The notes beneath the pieces were generated by a model. That model was given only the letters and a program-made list of their open reading frames with translations. It made no database searches and was not told the DNA's origin. DNA of 64,000 bases from Mobula hypostoma (Eukaryota). Within the stretch, counting starts at the first letter, position 1; every line of letters starts with the position of its first letter. A program made the position numbers and the translations under genes. Where the stretch lies: positions 186,250,001 to 186,314,000 of the forward strand of contig NC_086097.1 of assembly GCF_963921235.1 (NCBI RefSeq). The letters are read 5' to 3'. Positions 11,069 through 22,850 of the stretch are shown here, in pieces.

Positions 11069-13628
11069 AAAAAATGCCGCCAGTGTGTGAGTGGGCCAGT
11101 GAAGGAGTGGAGCTTTGAGGCTTTGACTAGAGAGGCTTCGTCGAGAAGAGGCGGAGGACAAGTTAGCTCACAGTTAGTTTTTACAATGTCTCCTGAGATG
11201 GTGATGTGCCTGTCATGTGAGATGTGGCAGTCTTCAGGGAACTCCTCTCTCCCGCAGAGTCACATCTGCCAGAAGTGCATATGGCTGGGCGATCTGGAAG
11301 ACCGTGTAAGGAATCTGGAGTGGCAGCTGGATGACCTTCGACTCATAAGGGAGAATGAGGCAGTCATAGATGAGAGCTACAGGGAGGTAGTCACACCTAG
11401 GCTGTTGGAAGCAGGTCGTTGGGTGACAGTCAGAGGGGGAAAAGTGAAGGTGAGCAGACAGGTAGTGCAGAGCACCCCTGTAGCCATTCCTCTGAATAAT
11501 AAGTTTACCGCCTTGGATACTGTTGGCGGGGACGACTGACCAGGTGTGAGCCACGGTGGCAGGGCCTCCGGCACTGAGTCTGACCCTGTGGTGCAGAAGG
11601 GTGGGACGGAGAAGAGGAGAGATGTTGTCATTGGAGACTCTATAGTCAGGGGAGCAGACAGGAGATTTTGTGGACGTGAGAAGGACACCCGCATGGTTTG
11701 TTGCCTCCTGGGTGCCAGGGTCCGGGATGTCTCTGACCGGGTGCACGACATCCTGGTATGAGAGGGAAAGCAACCAGAAGTCGTGATACATGTTGGGACC
11801 AACGACATAGGCAGGAAGAGGGATGAGGTCCTGAAGTGTGAGTTTCGGGAACTAGGCAGAAGGCTGAAGAACAGGACCTCAAGGGTAGCGTTCTCAGGAT
11901 TGCTGCCAGTGCTATGTGACAATGATGGTAAGAATTGGAGGAGATGGCAGTTGAATGCGTGGCTGAGGAGTTGGTGCAGAGAGCAGGGTTTTAGATTTTT
12001 GGATCTTTGGGATCTCTTCTGGGGAAGGTGGGACCTGTACACATTGGATGGGTCGCACCTGAACTCGAGAGGGAGCAATATCCTTACAGGTAGGTTTGCT
12101 AGCATGGTTCGGGAGGGTTTAAACTAATTTGCGAGGGGGATGGGACCCAGAGCGATAGAGCAGTGAAAGAAGTGCATGGAGTAAAGCCAGATCTAACATA
12201 CAGAGAGGCTTTGAGGAAAGAGAAGCAGAATAAACGGTGTAAAGACAGTAAGGTAGAAGGGCTGAAATATGTGTACCTCAATGCAAGAAGCATCAGGATC
12301 AATGACGATGAACTGAGAGCTTGGATACATACATGGAATTATGATGTAGTGGCCATTACAGAGACTTGGCTGGCACCATGGCAGGAATGGATTCTCAATA
12401 TTCCTGGATTTCAGTACTTTAAAAGGGATAGAGGGCATAAAAAGGGGAGGAGGGGTGGAATTACTGGTCAGGGATACTATTACAGCTACAGAAAGGGTGG
12501 GTAATGTAGCAGGATCCTCTTTTGAGTCAATATGGCGAAGTCAGGAACAAGAACGGAGCAGTTACTCTATTGGGGGTATTCTATAGGCCCCCTGGTAGCA
12601 GCAGAGATACAGAGGAACAGATTGGGAGCCAGATTTTGGAAAGGTGGAAAAATAACAGGGTTGTTATCATGGGTGACTTTAACTTCCCTAATATTGATTG
12701 GCACCTGGTTAGTTCCAAGGGTATAGATGGGACAGAGTTTGTTAAGTGTATCCAGGATGGATTCCTGTCAGTATGTGGACAGGCCGACCAGGGGGAATGC
12801 CATACTAGATCTAGTACTAGGTAATGAACCGGGTCAGGTCACAGATCTCTCAATGGGTGAGCATCTGGGGGACAGTGACCACTGCTCCCTGGTCTTTAGC
12901 ATTATCATGGAAAAGGATAGAATCAGAGAGGACAGGAAAATTTTTAATTGGGGAAAGGCAAATTATGAGGCTATAAGGCTAGAACTTGCAGGTGTGAATT
13001 GGGATGATGTTTTTGCAGGGAAATGTACTATGGACATGTGGTCGATGTTTAGAGATCTCTTGCGGGATGTTAGGGATAAATTTGTCCTGGTGAGGAAGAT
13101 AAAGAATGGTAGGGTGAAGGAACCATGAATGACAAGTGAGGTGGAAAATCTGGTCAGGTGGAAGAAGGCAACATTCATGAGGTTTAGGAAGCAAGGATCA
13201 GATGGGTCTATTGAGGAATATAGGGAAGCAAGAAAGGAGCTTAAGAAGGGGCTGAGAAGAGCAAGAAGGGGGCATGAGAAGGCCTTGGTGAGTAGGGTAA
13301 AGGAAAACCCCAAGGCATTTTTCAATTATGTGAAGAAAAAAAAGGATGACAGGAGTGAAGGTAGAACCGCTTAGAGATAAAGGTGGGAAGATGTGCCTGG
13401 AGGCTGTGGAAGTGAACGAGATCCTCAATGAATACTTCTCTTCGATATTCACCAATGAGAGGTAACTTGATGATGGTGAGGACAATATGAGTGAGGTTGA
13501 TGTTCTGGAGCATGTTGATATTAAGGGAGAGGAGGTGTTGGAGTTGTTAAAATACATTAGGGCAGATAAGTCCCCGGGGCCTGATGGAATATTCCCCAGG
13601 CTGCTCCACGAGGCGAGAGAAGAGATTG
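11069..13628 (+). mobile_element. CR1 LINE family B, 5' half of a full-length element (5' UTR, ORF1, ORF2 endonuclease), cut at 13628
   Basis: Contains ORF1 and EN motifs (NARSI, ITETWL, YRPP, GDFN, SDH). 12901-13628 is highly similar to 8757-9483. Confidence 0.95.
11186..12127 (+). pseudogene. CR1 ORF1p: Cys-rich zinc-binding motif, leucine zipper and SGNH/GDSL esterase; two in-frame TGA stops (11537-11539, 11759-11761)
   Basis: Three ORF-track segments lie in one frame: CLSC...HICQKC, LEDRVRNLEWQLDDL, GDSIVR, GTND, DGSH. Confidence 0.88.
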
Positions 13629-14057
13629 ACTTGAAAACCAGTAAAGAAATTTGAACTGCAGTTAAGCATATTAAGTAGGAACTGCTGATAAATGAATAAT
13701 TCTATGATAGATAGTGGATGACTGAAATATTGAAACTTCCTTCGATACGCAGCCGTGTTGGCTGCCCTAAGATCCAAAGTTTCTTCATTAATCCTTACTG
13801 AGTTAACTGAAGAGGAAGTCTCAAATCAGCTTTTCTGATTTTGTGCTTTGGCAGATATTGGTATACAGGTTATCCTCAGATAATGAATTGATTTCATTTT
13901 TTTATATAGACATACATAAGTTGGTTTTACTCATAAATTGGAAAATAAGCAAAATCGCTCAATATGGAAACTATTCCCCTCAATATTTTAATGAACTGTA
14001 TCAAAAGCTATAAGAATGTAAAGAAAGAACAAAAGTTAAAAACATAGAGAGAGAGGA

Positions 14058-14366
14058 TGTTGGGAAATTCAGAGGAGGCTTGACCCTAAAGCAGAGTAGC
14101 GGAGACAATTCAGCGATAAACGATCACTTTAATATTAAGCTGTAAACACAACAACCCATGAGGGGTCACAAGACAAGACAGAATGAAACCAAACACCACA
14201 GGCAGCAGGGCTAGGAGCAACTGGTTGAGGCTGACTGTTCTTATGGATGAACACGGATTCTAGTGGAGAGCTGGGTTTAAATAGGCTGCAGGTGGTGAGT
14301 TGGAAATGAGTGGCAGGTGACCTCTGTTAGCTGAGTGGAGACAGGGAGGTCTTTGCAGGCCTGTCA
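14058..14366 (-). repeat. 3' LTR (TG...CA)
   Basis: Diverged direct repeat of 18333-18658, adjacent to the polypurine tract. Confidence 0.85.
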
Positions 14367-17300
14367 GGATCCCACCCCTCCCTCTTCTGGCCAGTACCCA
14401 ATGGCCCAGGATGACCTAAATGAGTCCAGTATAATTCCTCGGTGAGCAATGGATCAAAAATGAAACTAGATGACACCCAAGACCTCCACTCTGGGCTGTA
14501 CCCTTCCAAGTAAACCAGGTACTGCACACCTCATCCACAATGACATGACTCTATCAACTGGACCATCTTCCGTCATCCTGGGTTCAGGAGATGTAGGGTT
14601 GAGAGGTCTATGGACAGCAGGCTTTAGGCAGGACATGTAGAAGTTAGGAATGATGCTGAGGAATGGTGGCAGCTGGAGATAGTAAGTAACTGGATTGATG
14701 CAATGGGTAATCTTGAAGGGATCAGTGAACTGGAGTGAGAGCTTGTGTGAGTCCGTGCCAAATCTTTGGTAGTCAACCAGACACAGTCCCTAGGCCACTG
14801 GCGTGGTGGTAGGAGAAGTGATTAGCAGTTAGGATGGCCTTCCATGCCCTCCGGAAAGCGGACCTGCAGCGGCAAACCAGAGCCCTGGCAAATGGGACGT
14901 CTACTGTTGGCTCCTCCGCAAGGAACAAAGGGAGTCAGTAGCCATGAAGCACTTCAAAGGGTGAAATACTCATGGCAGAGAAGGTGTGCAAATTGTGGGA
15001 CAGTTCAACCCCGAGCAGAGTTCCATGTGGAGGGGTCAGAGGTGATAAAACACCATAGAAATTTCTCCACCTGCTATTTGGCTCTTTCTGACTAATCATG
15101 GGTCTGCGGATGATAGCCAGAGGACATTCTTACTGAGATGTGGAGAAGGACACAAAAGCAGGAGATGAATTGTGGGCTGCAGTCCCACACAATGTCCTGA
15201 GGGAAATCATGGAGGTGTACTAAGTGTTGGAATACCAGGTCCACCATCATAGTGGCTGTGGCAGTGAACTGCGTCATCTTGGAGAACCAGCCCACCAATG
15301 TTATGATCACCGTGGCCCATTGGAAGATGGCAAACTCAAAATGAAATCCTTGTCGAAGTGGTGCTACTGGTGTCAGGGGACTAGGAGGGGCCGAAGGAGC
15401 CCAGAGGGCTGCTGGTTGGAGGAATGGGATTATACACATTGAGGGCAGGCATTGACAAATTACCCTGATCACAGTGGGCCACCAGAACTGGTGTCACAGA
15501 AAATCCAGAGTTCATTGTGCACCTGGTTAGCTGGAGACGGATGAGGATTGGGCCTACTGGAGTGCCTCAGAGCACATGGAATCCAGTACATATATGCTGT
15601 TGTCAGGTGTGTCATTCTGAGCAGGCTTGTGCTGTAGGGCCTGGCACATCTAGCTCTCAAGATCCCAGATGATCAGAGCAAGGATCTGCGAGGATAGAGT
15701 AAGGAGTTTTTTGCCATTTCTACTGGGCTGAACTGGCGTGACGGGGTGTCCACCTTAGTGTTCATACAACTGAGTAGGTAGGAGATGGTGAAGTTGAATT
15801 GCTTGAAGAAGAAGGCCCAGTGAACCTGAAATAGCTTGCACCGGCCAGTCTGCTGTATGGATATGAGGTTCTGGTGATTAGTACAGTTCATGAAAGGCTT
15901 GGTATTTCCCATCAGCTAATGTCTCTATTTTTCCAAGGCTCACTTGATGACAAGTAGCTCCCTGTCTCTGACTATAATGGTGCTGTGTAGAGTTCAGCTT
16001 GTATGTGAAGAAGGTACAAGGGTGTGTTTTCCCATCCAGTCCTTGCTGGGAGAAGACTGCACTGTCCACGTCAGATCTTTCCACCTCTATCACAAAAGGT
16101 CCAGAGGGGCTTAGATAACAGAAAATGAAAGCGGTGGTGAAACATCCCTTGTGCTCCTTAAAAGAGTGGTCTGCAGTAGCAGACTAGGTCATCCATGGTT
16201 TGGTGAGGGAGGTGAGTGGAGTGATGATTTGGCTGTAGGTCCTGGTGAAATGCCAGTAGAAGTTAAGGAAGCCCAAGAGGCACTGTAGTTGTTTGAGAAG
16301 TACAGCCAGGGGCATTCAGCAATGGTGTGTACTTCCTCTGTGTCCATGGTTATGTCTTGGCGTAAAAGAACTTAACCCAGGAAAGAAGTGAACGGGGTAT
16401 GGAACTGGAAATTATTTCACTAACTTGCAATACAGTTAGTTTTTGAGAAGATGTCGATCTTGCTGGTCCTTGAAGATGAGAATGTGGTGAAGGTGGATGA
16501 ACATATACCTTTGTAGCATGTCTTGGAGGAACTCATGGATGAAGGCTTGAAAAATGGCTGTACCGTTGGAAAGTCTGAAATGCTTCACCAAGTATTTGTA
16601 GTCGACAGTGGGTGCTCTGAATGCCGTCTTTCACCCAGTTCCTGGCGGATGCGGGCCAGATTGTGTGTCGTCCGTAGACTGAATTTAGTGGAGATACAGG
16701 CCCCACATAGTGTTTTGAATGTACTATCCATCAAGGCGAGAGGGTAACAGCTCTTAACATTGATTTTGTTGAGGTCATGGTAGTCAATGCAGGGATGGAG
16801 ACCCCCATCTTTCCTTTTGACCAGGAAGAATCCTGCACTGGTTGGAGACTGTGATGGTCAATTGAAGCCATAAAGGGTAGCACTTTGGTGATGTAGTCAC
16901 TCATAGCTTGGGTCTCAGGAGGGGAGTGGGCGAACAGCTGACGTCTGGGTAGGGTGATGCTCAGGAGGAGATCGATCATGCTGTTGTGTGGTATCTGAGG
17001 CGGGCAGCAGGTGATAGCTAGCTCGTGGTATTCCTTTAGCAGTTTGGTGAGGTTGAAGGTTTCCTCCATCTTCACAGATTTACAGGGTGAAGTCAACTGA
17101 AGTTACAGGCAGGTGGTCCAGAAGTTGGGTCTCCACCACAGCAGTGAACTGAGGCAAAGTGAGGGTCGTGAGTGGAGAGACAGGGGTAACCCAAGATGAG
17201 AAGAATTGATCAGGAGCAATTGAATAGACTCATAGTGCTCTCTGATGCTCTGACCGTCCCAGACCTCACATCCTTCAATGGCCGTGATGCCGAAGGGGTG

Positions 17301-18332
17301 AGAGATAGGCTCAGTAGGGAGTTCAAGGTTGGCTGCTGCTCTGGAATCGACCAGAGCCTCCTGAGCACGTAGAGCCATCAGGGTGTGGAGGAGGACAGAG
17401 AAAGTGAGTCTGAATATAGTGCTGGAACAAGGGACTGGCGGGGAGGGGGCTTACCAGATAGAAAGACCCTCATCTCTATCTGGTGGTGCCATTTCCTGAA
17501 CACAGTGAGCATTTGATATACTGCTCCACCGTAAGTGCTCGAGTTGTTTCTACGCCAAAGCAAATACTTTGGGGGGGGGGAATGGGGGAGGTTAAAGAGC
17601 TCTTCCTAACTGCGTGAGTCCTGGAGGCATTACTGGTGAGGGTCCTGAAGCCTGAAGTTGTCCTGGGAATTGAACTGGGGTTCTGGCTGATGATCTACAA
17701 GATCATTCCATAAGATGTTTATCAATTCAGAGGGCCAGCGTGATGAGGTTTCTGAGGACAGTGGGCATCCCCCCAGTACACAGCTCATCTTTCAAAAGGC
17801 TGTGATGGTCATGGGCCTGCACTCCACAGTGAGGGTCCTGCATTTCACGATATAATCTGATACCAAACATGAGACTTGACATAAGTGAAGTATTCAATCC
17901 ACTGCCTCCCTTCCACTTCCGGATGGTCAAAACCCTGGCACATCTCTCTTAATTATTGCAAATGGTGATTTTGTTGTCCTGATTAGTGGCAGCACACCTC
18001 AGAGCTCGCCCATTCAAGACAGAGATGACGAAGGCAGTTTTGGCTTAGTCCTTAGAATACAGAGATCGCTGGAGCTCAGTGCAAGATGCACTGAGACAGG
18101 AAGTTATGGCATCAGGTTATAGATCTGTCAAATTGTTTGGGCAATGGAAGTCAGTGCTCTAAGGGAGGAAGTTGACTGGCGTGGGGTTGGTGTAACGAGA
18201 TGGAGAGTGGGCTGAGAGTAGTGAGCAGATGGTCAAATGTTTCCTGGTCCTTCTGGATCATGTACTTATGTCAAAGGATGACTTCCTTTAGGCAAGCAAA
18301 CTCTACTGGGTCAATCACTGGTTCATTCATCC

Positions 18333-18658
18333 TCTCAGGAAATGTAAAGGAGCTTTGACCCAAAAGCAGAGCAACAAAGATGATTCAGCAATGAATGGTC
18401 ACTTTAATAATAGACTACAAAAATAACAAGCCACAGGTGGTCACAAAACAAGAGAGAATTGATACTAAACTTCATGGGCAAGAAGGTAACTGAAAGCTAG
18501 CAGCAACTGGCTGAGGCAGGCTGGCTGGATGGGCGAACAAGGACTATGGATGAGAACTGGGTTTAAATGGGCTGCAGGTGATGAGTTGCAAATGAATGGT
18601 AGGTTGCTCCTGTTAGCTGAGTGGAGACTGGGAGGTGCATGCCTGTGCAGGCCTGACA
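18333..18658 (-). repeat. 5' LTR
   Basis: Shares blocks with 14058-14366, e.g. ctgggtttaaat.ggctgcaggtg and ctgttagctgagtggagac.gggaggt. Confidence 0.85.
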
Positions 18659-18974
18659 AAGGAAGCTAGTTCTACTATTCATGGGAATAAATGTACTGTA
18701 TGTAGGTACATCAAATTTTCAAATTTAATAATAAAATGGCAACTTGTTCATATGTAGGGAATGTCCATCAATTGGGTGTGCTTAGCCAGCAAATGGCCTG
18801 TAATAAAACTCAACTTTTCAATAAGCCTCAGTCGTACTAAGAATCACTTTAGAAATCATATCCTTTGTACAGATGTAGATGAAAACCCTGCACATCACCA
18901 ACATTCTTTATTTTTAATTTCTTCCCCCAGAAATGAGTAATTATCAGTACTTAACTGGAAATAGTTAAGTTCAC

Positions 18975-19230
18975 CCATTCTCCCAACTTGTCCATGCTGA
19001 TCAGAATTTCCATCTGAGTCACTCCTATTTGTCCACATTTGGCCCTCATCTTCAAAACCTTTTCTATCCAAGAACCTATCCAAGAATCTTTAAATGTTCT
19101 GAATGTGCCTGGTTCAACCAGTTCTCCTCATTCCACATACTAACCACCTATGGGGTGAAAAATTGATTCCCTTTTCCCCAACCCTGGGAAAATATCTGTC
19201 ACATTAACCTTGTCTATATCCCTCATGATT
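18975..19230 (-). mobile_element. Old CR1 3'-end fragment
   Basis: Degenerate similarity to CR1 C-terminus and 3' UTR (MDRFLD.KG.E; cagcatggacaagttggg on the minus strand). Confidence 0.5.
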
Positions 19231-20132
19231 AAACACCTTTCTTTTTTATATTTTTTGAAATTTATGACTTCTTCAGTGTAGCACTTTGAGAATTTACTTT
19301 TCCTAGCAATGAAATAAAATTTGATTAATTTCATTTGACTGTACTTCTAACCTGTGTGATTCATTTGTTATTTGAATCATTTTGCGATCAACTGTGCAGG
19401 CTAATTCATTTCTCCTTTATCAATGGGCTAATAATTAATATAAGATTTCATTGGTTTCCTTTCCATTCACAATTTATACAAAAATCAAAATAGTAAGATT
19501 CATTAAGGATGACTATTTTACTGCATATATTGACTACAAAGTAATGTGTCAACTTTCAACATTACTTCACACTTTTGGGTGGCAGTTGTGAATTATTTTC
19601 TGTTTGTGTTTCAGCTTTATAGAAAATATGAGTCACAAGCAGAGCAATGCCGTAAATGTGTGAAATATTTTGCATTTATGAATTAAAGATGCAGTATGAC
19701 AGTGATAAAGTAATTTTACAAGAGGTTAAGAATCTCTACTATCTTCTAAAGTTCTCAAAAGGTTTAAGCACAGCCAAAATGGAAGTAGTAAGATATTCAC
19801 CTGAAACATAATTTAAATTAAAACTTGGATTATTTCTTTTGAACATTGCTTTTTTTCATAATTCATAGACAATGGCTATGGGATCATTGTGATCCGTTTT
19901 TGACTCATTTCCATATATCTGTGAAGCCAAACACATCCAACAGGATTGAGGAGAAAAATGCAGGGAGGTTTAGAAAAAGGAAAGGTTTGATTGACAATTA
20001 GGGATGGTCTATTGCTCTTCTTTGTTTGATTCTGGGTCCACTTCCATGATTTTTCATCATGAGATTTTATTTTCTCTAAGTATAATGATTGGTTCTAGCA
20101 ATCATTCTGGGATATAAGTGTATAATCTAGGA

Positions 20133-22850
20133 CAGCCTTTGTCAACCTTTTTGCCCTTGAGGAACCCTTCAAATAATTTTCAGGTCTCAGGGAACCCCTG
20201 TGTAAAGAAACATCATATCTATGGCTCATGGTACATTAATATGATCACAAAGTTGCAGATATAATAATCCAAACATAATTGTCAATGCCCTTTTGAGTAG
20301 AGAATTAATTTTTAGTCAACCTTTCTTGAAAAAAATAGGCAGTTAAGCTTAGCTTGCCTTTCTTGAAGTTAATCTTTTTCTTTCCCTTTCATAAATTTTA
20401 AAAACTCATAAGGCAAACATAATACATTTTTGTTAAGTAACTAGCTTAAGCCAAAATGGTATTTAATTTTCCTAGAGGAGGGCTTGGTAGATTTAATTTA
20501 AATAAAAGCTGTACATTGATTTTAATTAATGCTATTTACAACATGGAAATTTATTGACAATGTTGATTTGTAAAGTTACTTAAAAAACTAAAAGCCAAAG
20601 CAACGTGAATAAAAACATAGCCTAAGACAACTTTATACAGACTTTGAAAAAACATTTTCTTACTAAGTGACATGATCAGGCCCAAATATAGGTCTAATAT
20701 GTGAAACCTCAGGACATATTCAAAACCCGGACTCCAGCAACGACCATGGAGACATTCAAAGCGATTGCGCAACCACCAACTGCGACTCCAGTCTTGAACT
20801 CCAGGCCGGGTCTTTATGTGCTGCTGTTGTGACTCCCGTATCCCCTTCCCCCACCACCACTCCGCAGCCCCGTCTTCCTCACCAGCAACTTTGATGTGTG
20901 TTGCTCTAATATGTGAAACCTGTGCTTGTTTTTTTGCTGCACAAACACTCAATTCTGGGATGAACTTGAGATAAGCACACATGAATTTTTCCTTCAACTG
21001 AAATGAGATAATTCTTTCCTTGCTCTTGATGCTTGTTAAGCAAGAAAAAGCTTGCTCACACATATAAGAAGTCTACAATTGCAGCAAAATGTTCATTGTT
21101 TTCCTATGAATGGCAGGACACAGAAACCCTGAATTATCTAAGGCAGGTCAGTAAATCTCATCTGGAGTCCTCGATCAGACTAAAGCTCACAACATTCTTC
21201 CTCTTCTCTCAAAGTCAGCAGCGGTGGAAATATTTCAAGATTTCTACTTGCAACATGATTTTTCTAAAGATTCAATTTATTTTTAAATTTAAGAATCTTG
21301 TCACTTGAGTCAAAACATTTTCTCCAGGGCCTTGCAGAGACTTGTTCAACTAATATATATGATGAGAACTGTCTGCTAAGTAGACTAGTTTCTGCAGCCA
21401 TTCTTCATCTTCAAAGCACTTAGCAAAATCTGGCCTACTATTTTCTTGAAAGTACTCCTGCAATTCACCTTTGACCTCAAGCACCCAGTTCAAAATTCTT
21501 CCTCTTCTAAGCCACCAGATTTCTGTATGTAGCAGGAGTATTGGTGTGCTCTTTGTCCAAGTTTTCACACAGTGTTTTAAACATTTTTGAGTGAACTGGT
21601 CTTTGTTTAATAAAGTCAACCATTTTTGTAGCATCATCCAGAACTTCTTTCATTTCATCTCCAAGAGTTTTTGACATCAGCACCTCTCTGTGAAGAAAAG
21701 AGTGTGTTGTGATAATGTCAGAATTTTATTTTTTGCAAGAAAAACTAAACCTCTTATGGAGCCAACAATTGATGGACCACCATCAATACAGGTGCCAACC
21801 CAGTTACTCCAAAGCAGACCTTTTGTTTCCAGACACGGAGACAGAACATTAAATATATCTTGCTCTTGGCTTGTTTTGGGCAGCTCTTTGCAATAAAACA
21901 AGTTTTCTTGAATTTTTCCATTATGTACAAATCTTACAAATGTAGACTGATCAACCTGGATAGAGTATCTGTTGTTTTGCAGTTCATCACACAAAACCTC
22001 TTCAGGATCATGTGACATGTCATCAATATGTTGACTTATCATACTGTTTGAGAATGAAATTTCTTGTACTGCATCTTATCCTAGAATTTTACCCACTATA
22101 ATTTTGTATGCTGACATTATTAGGTTCTCATCAATTGTGTGACTTTTTCTTTTCTGGGTAATAAGTTGTGCTACTAAATAACTTGTTTCCTGAGCCTGTT
22201 TACTTGGATCACCAGTCTATGTAAAACGCATTGATTAGGAGCTTTCATTGTAAAAATGGACTTTTTTGTGTCTGTTGTTGCATTAGTGCAATGAGATGAC
22301 TCTGAAGATTGTAATTCTTCATCATAAACCTTATCAGAATTGCCCATAGGCTTAGGCCTAGAATCCTCCTCTTCCATCTCACACAGCTTCAAAAATCACC
22401 ACATTGGACGGTCTTTAGAATGAAAATTTCCCTCCAATTTTCTGTTACACTGGTAGAGTCTGTTCGCTTGCAGAAGTCAGTTAGTGGCGCGTCAGGGGAA
22501 GTTGGCGGAGGTTATTTGGGAGGGAGAGGCTGACGTCACAGCCTACGTTGGGTGCATCCTTTCAATGCTTGGAAAATGTACTTCACGCTCCTCATCAGCC
22601 TAAAGACCTTCCCTCTGTGCAATACAGCGGTCACCAATTATCAATGGCCTCCCTTATCTCGCGTCAAAAACTGAGAATGGATTCAATCAACTGAACTCGG
22701 TCCTACTGCGCACTGTCATACTGGGCTGAGAGATCTCTAACGAGATTGCTAACGGGGCTGCTCGGTCACTGCCCACCAGTGCGAGCGTTAGCATTGTGCG
22801 TTGTGCGAAGTTAAAAAAATGATGTTTATTTTTTAAAATCACGAAAATGA
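20133..22850 (-). mobile_element. hAT DNA transposon, Charlie/Buster group (ZBED5/SCAND3-like transposase), degenerate
   Basis: Fragments SIQVD, CIDG.PS..G, LLLHTEI.WL.RG, WLQKL.YLAD and the hAT dimerisation motif CEQAFS..IKSK.R. Charlie-type terminus CAGCCTTTGTCAACC at 20133, preceded by ATCTAGGA. The opposite terminus was not found. Confidence 0.85.
20710..20904 (+). mobile_element. 195-bp insertion with perfect 17-bp flanking direct repeat
   Basis: tctaatatgtgaaacct at 20693-20709 and 20905-20921. The insert ends in ccagcaactttgatgtgtgttgc, similar to Penelope-like termini in this window. Confidence 0.8.

Larger units (their letters stand above)
14058..18658 (-). mobile_element. Full-length decayed Ty3/Gypsy LTR retrotransposon, chromovirus (Sushi/Tf1-like)
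   Basis: Two LTRs. Minus-strand remnants occur in Gypsy order: gag, protease (ALVDS), RT, RNase H (DGKTHPC), integrase (SSGYHPQT), chromodomain (QYLV..EGYSPE.RSWV). Polypurine tract at 14367-14387. TSD gagga/aagga. Confidence 0.9.
13866..18800. mobile_element. Possible old TA-flanked non-autonomous DNA transposon (Tigger-like) interrupted by the Gypsy element
   Basis: TA|CAGG at 13864-13869 and CCTG|TA at 18797-18802; highly degenerate. Confidence 0.3.

Noticed and set aside
21000..22400. Domesticated ZBED5/SCAND3/Buster-type host gene
   Set aside because: Many stops and frameshifts and an adjacent transposon terminus; it is a dead transposon.
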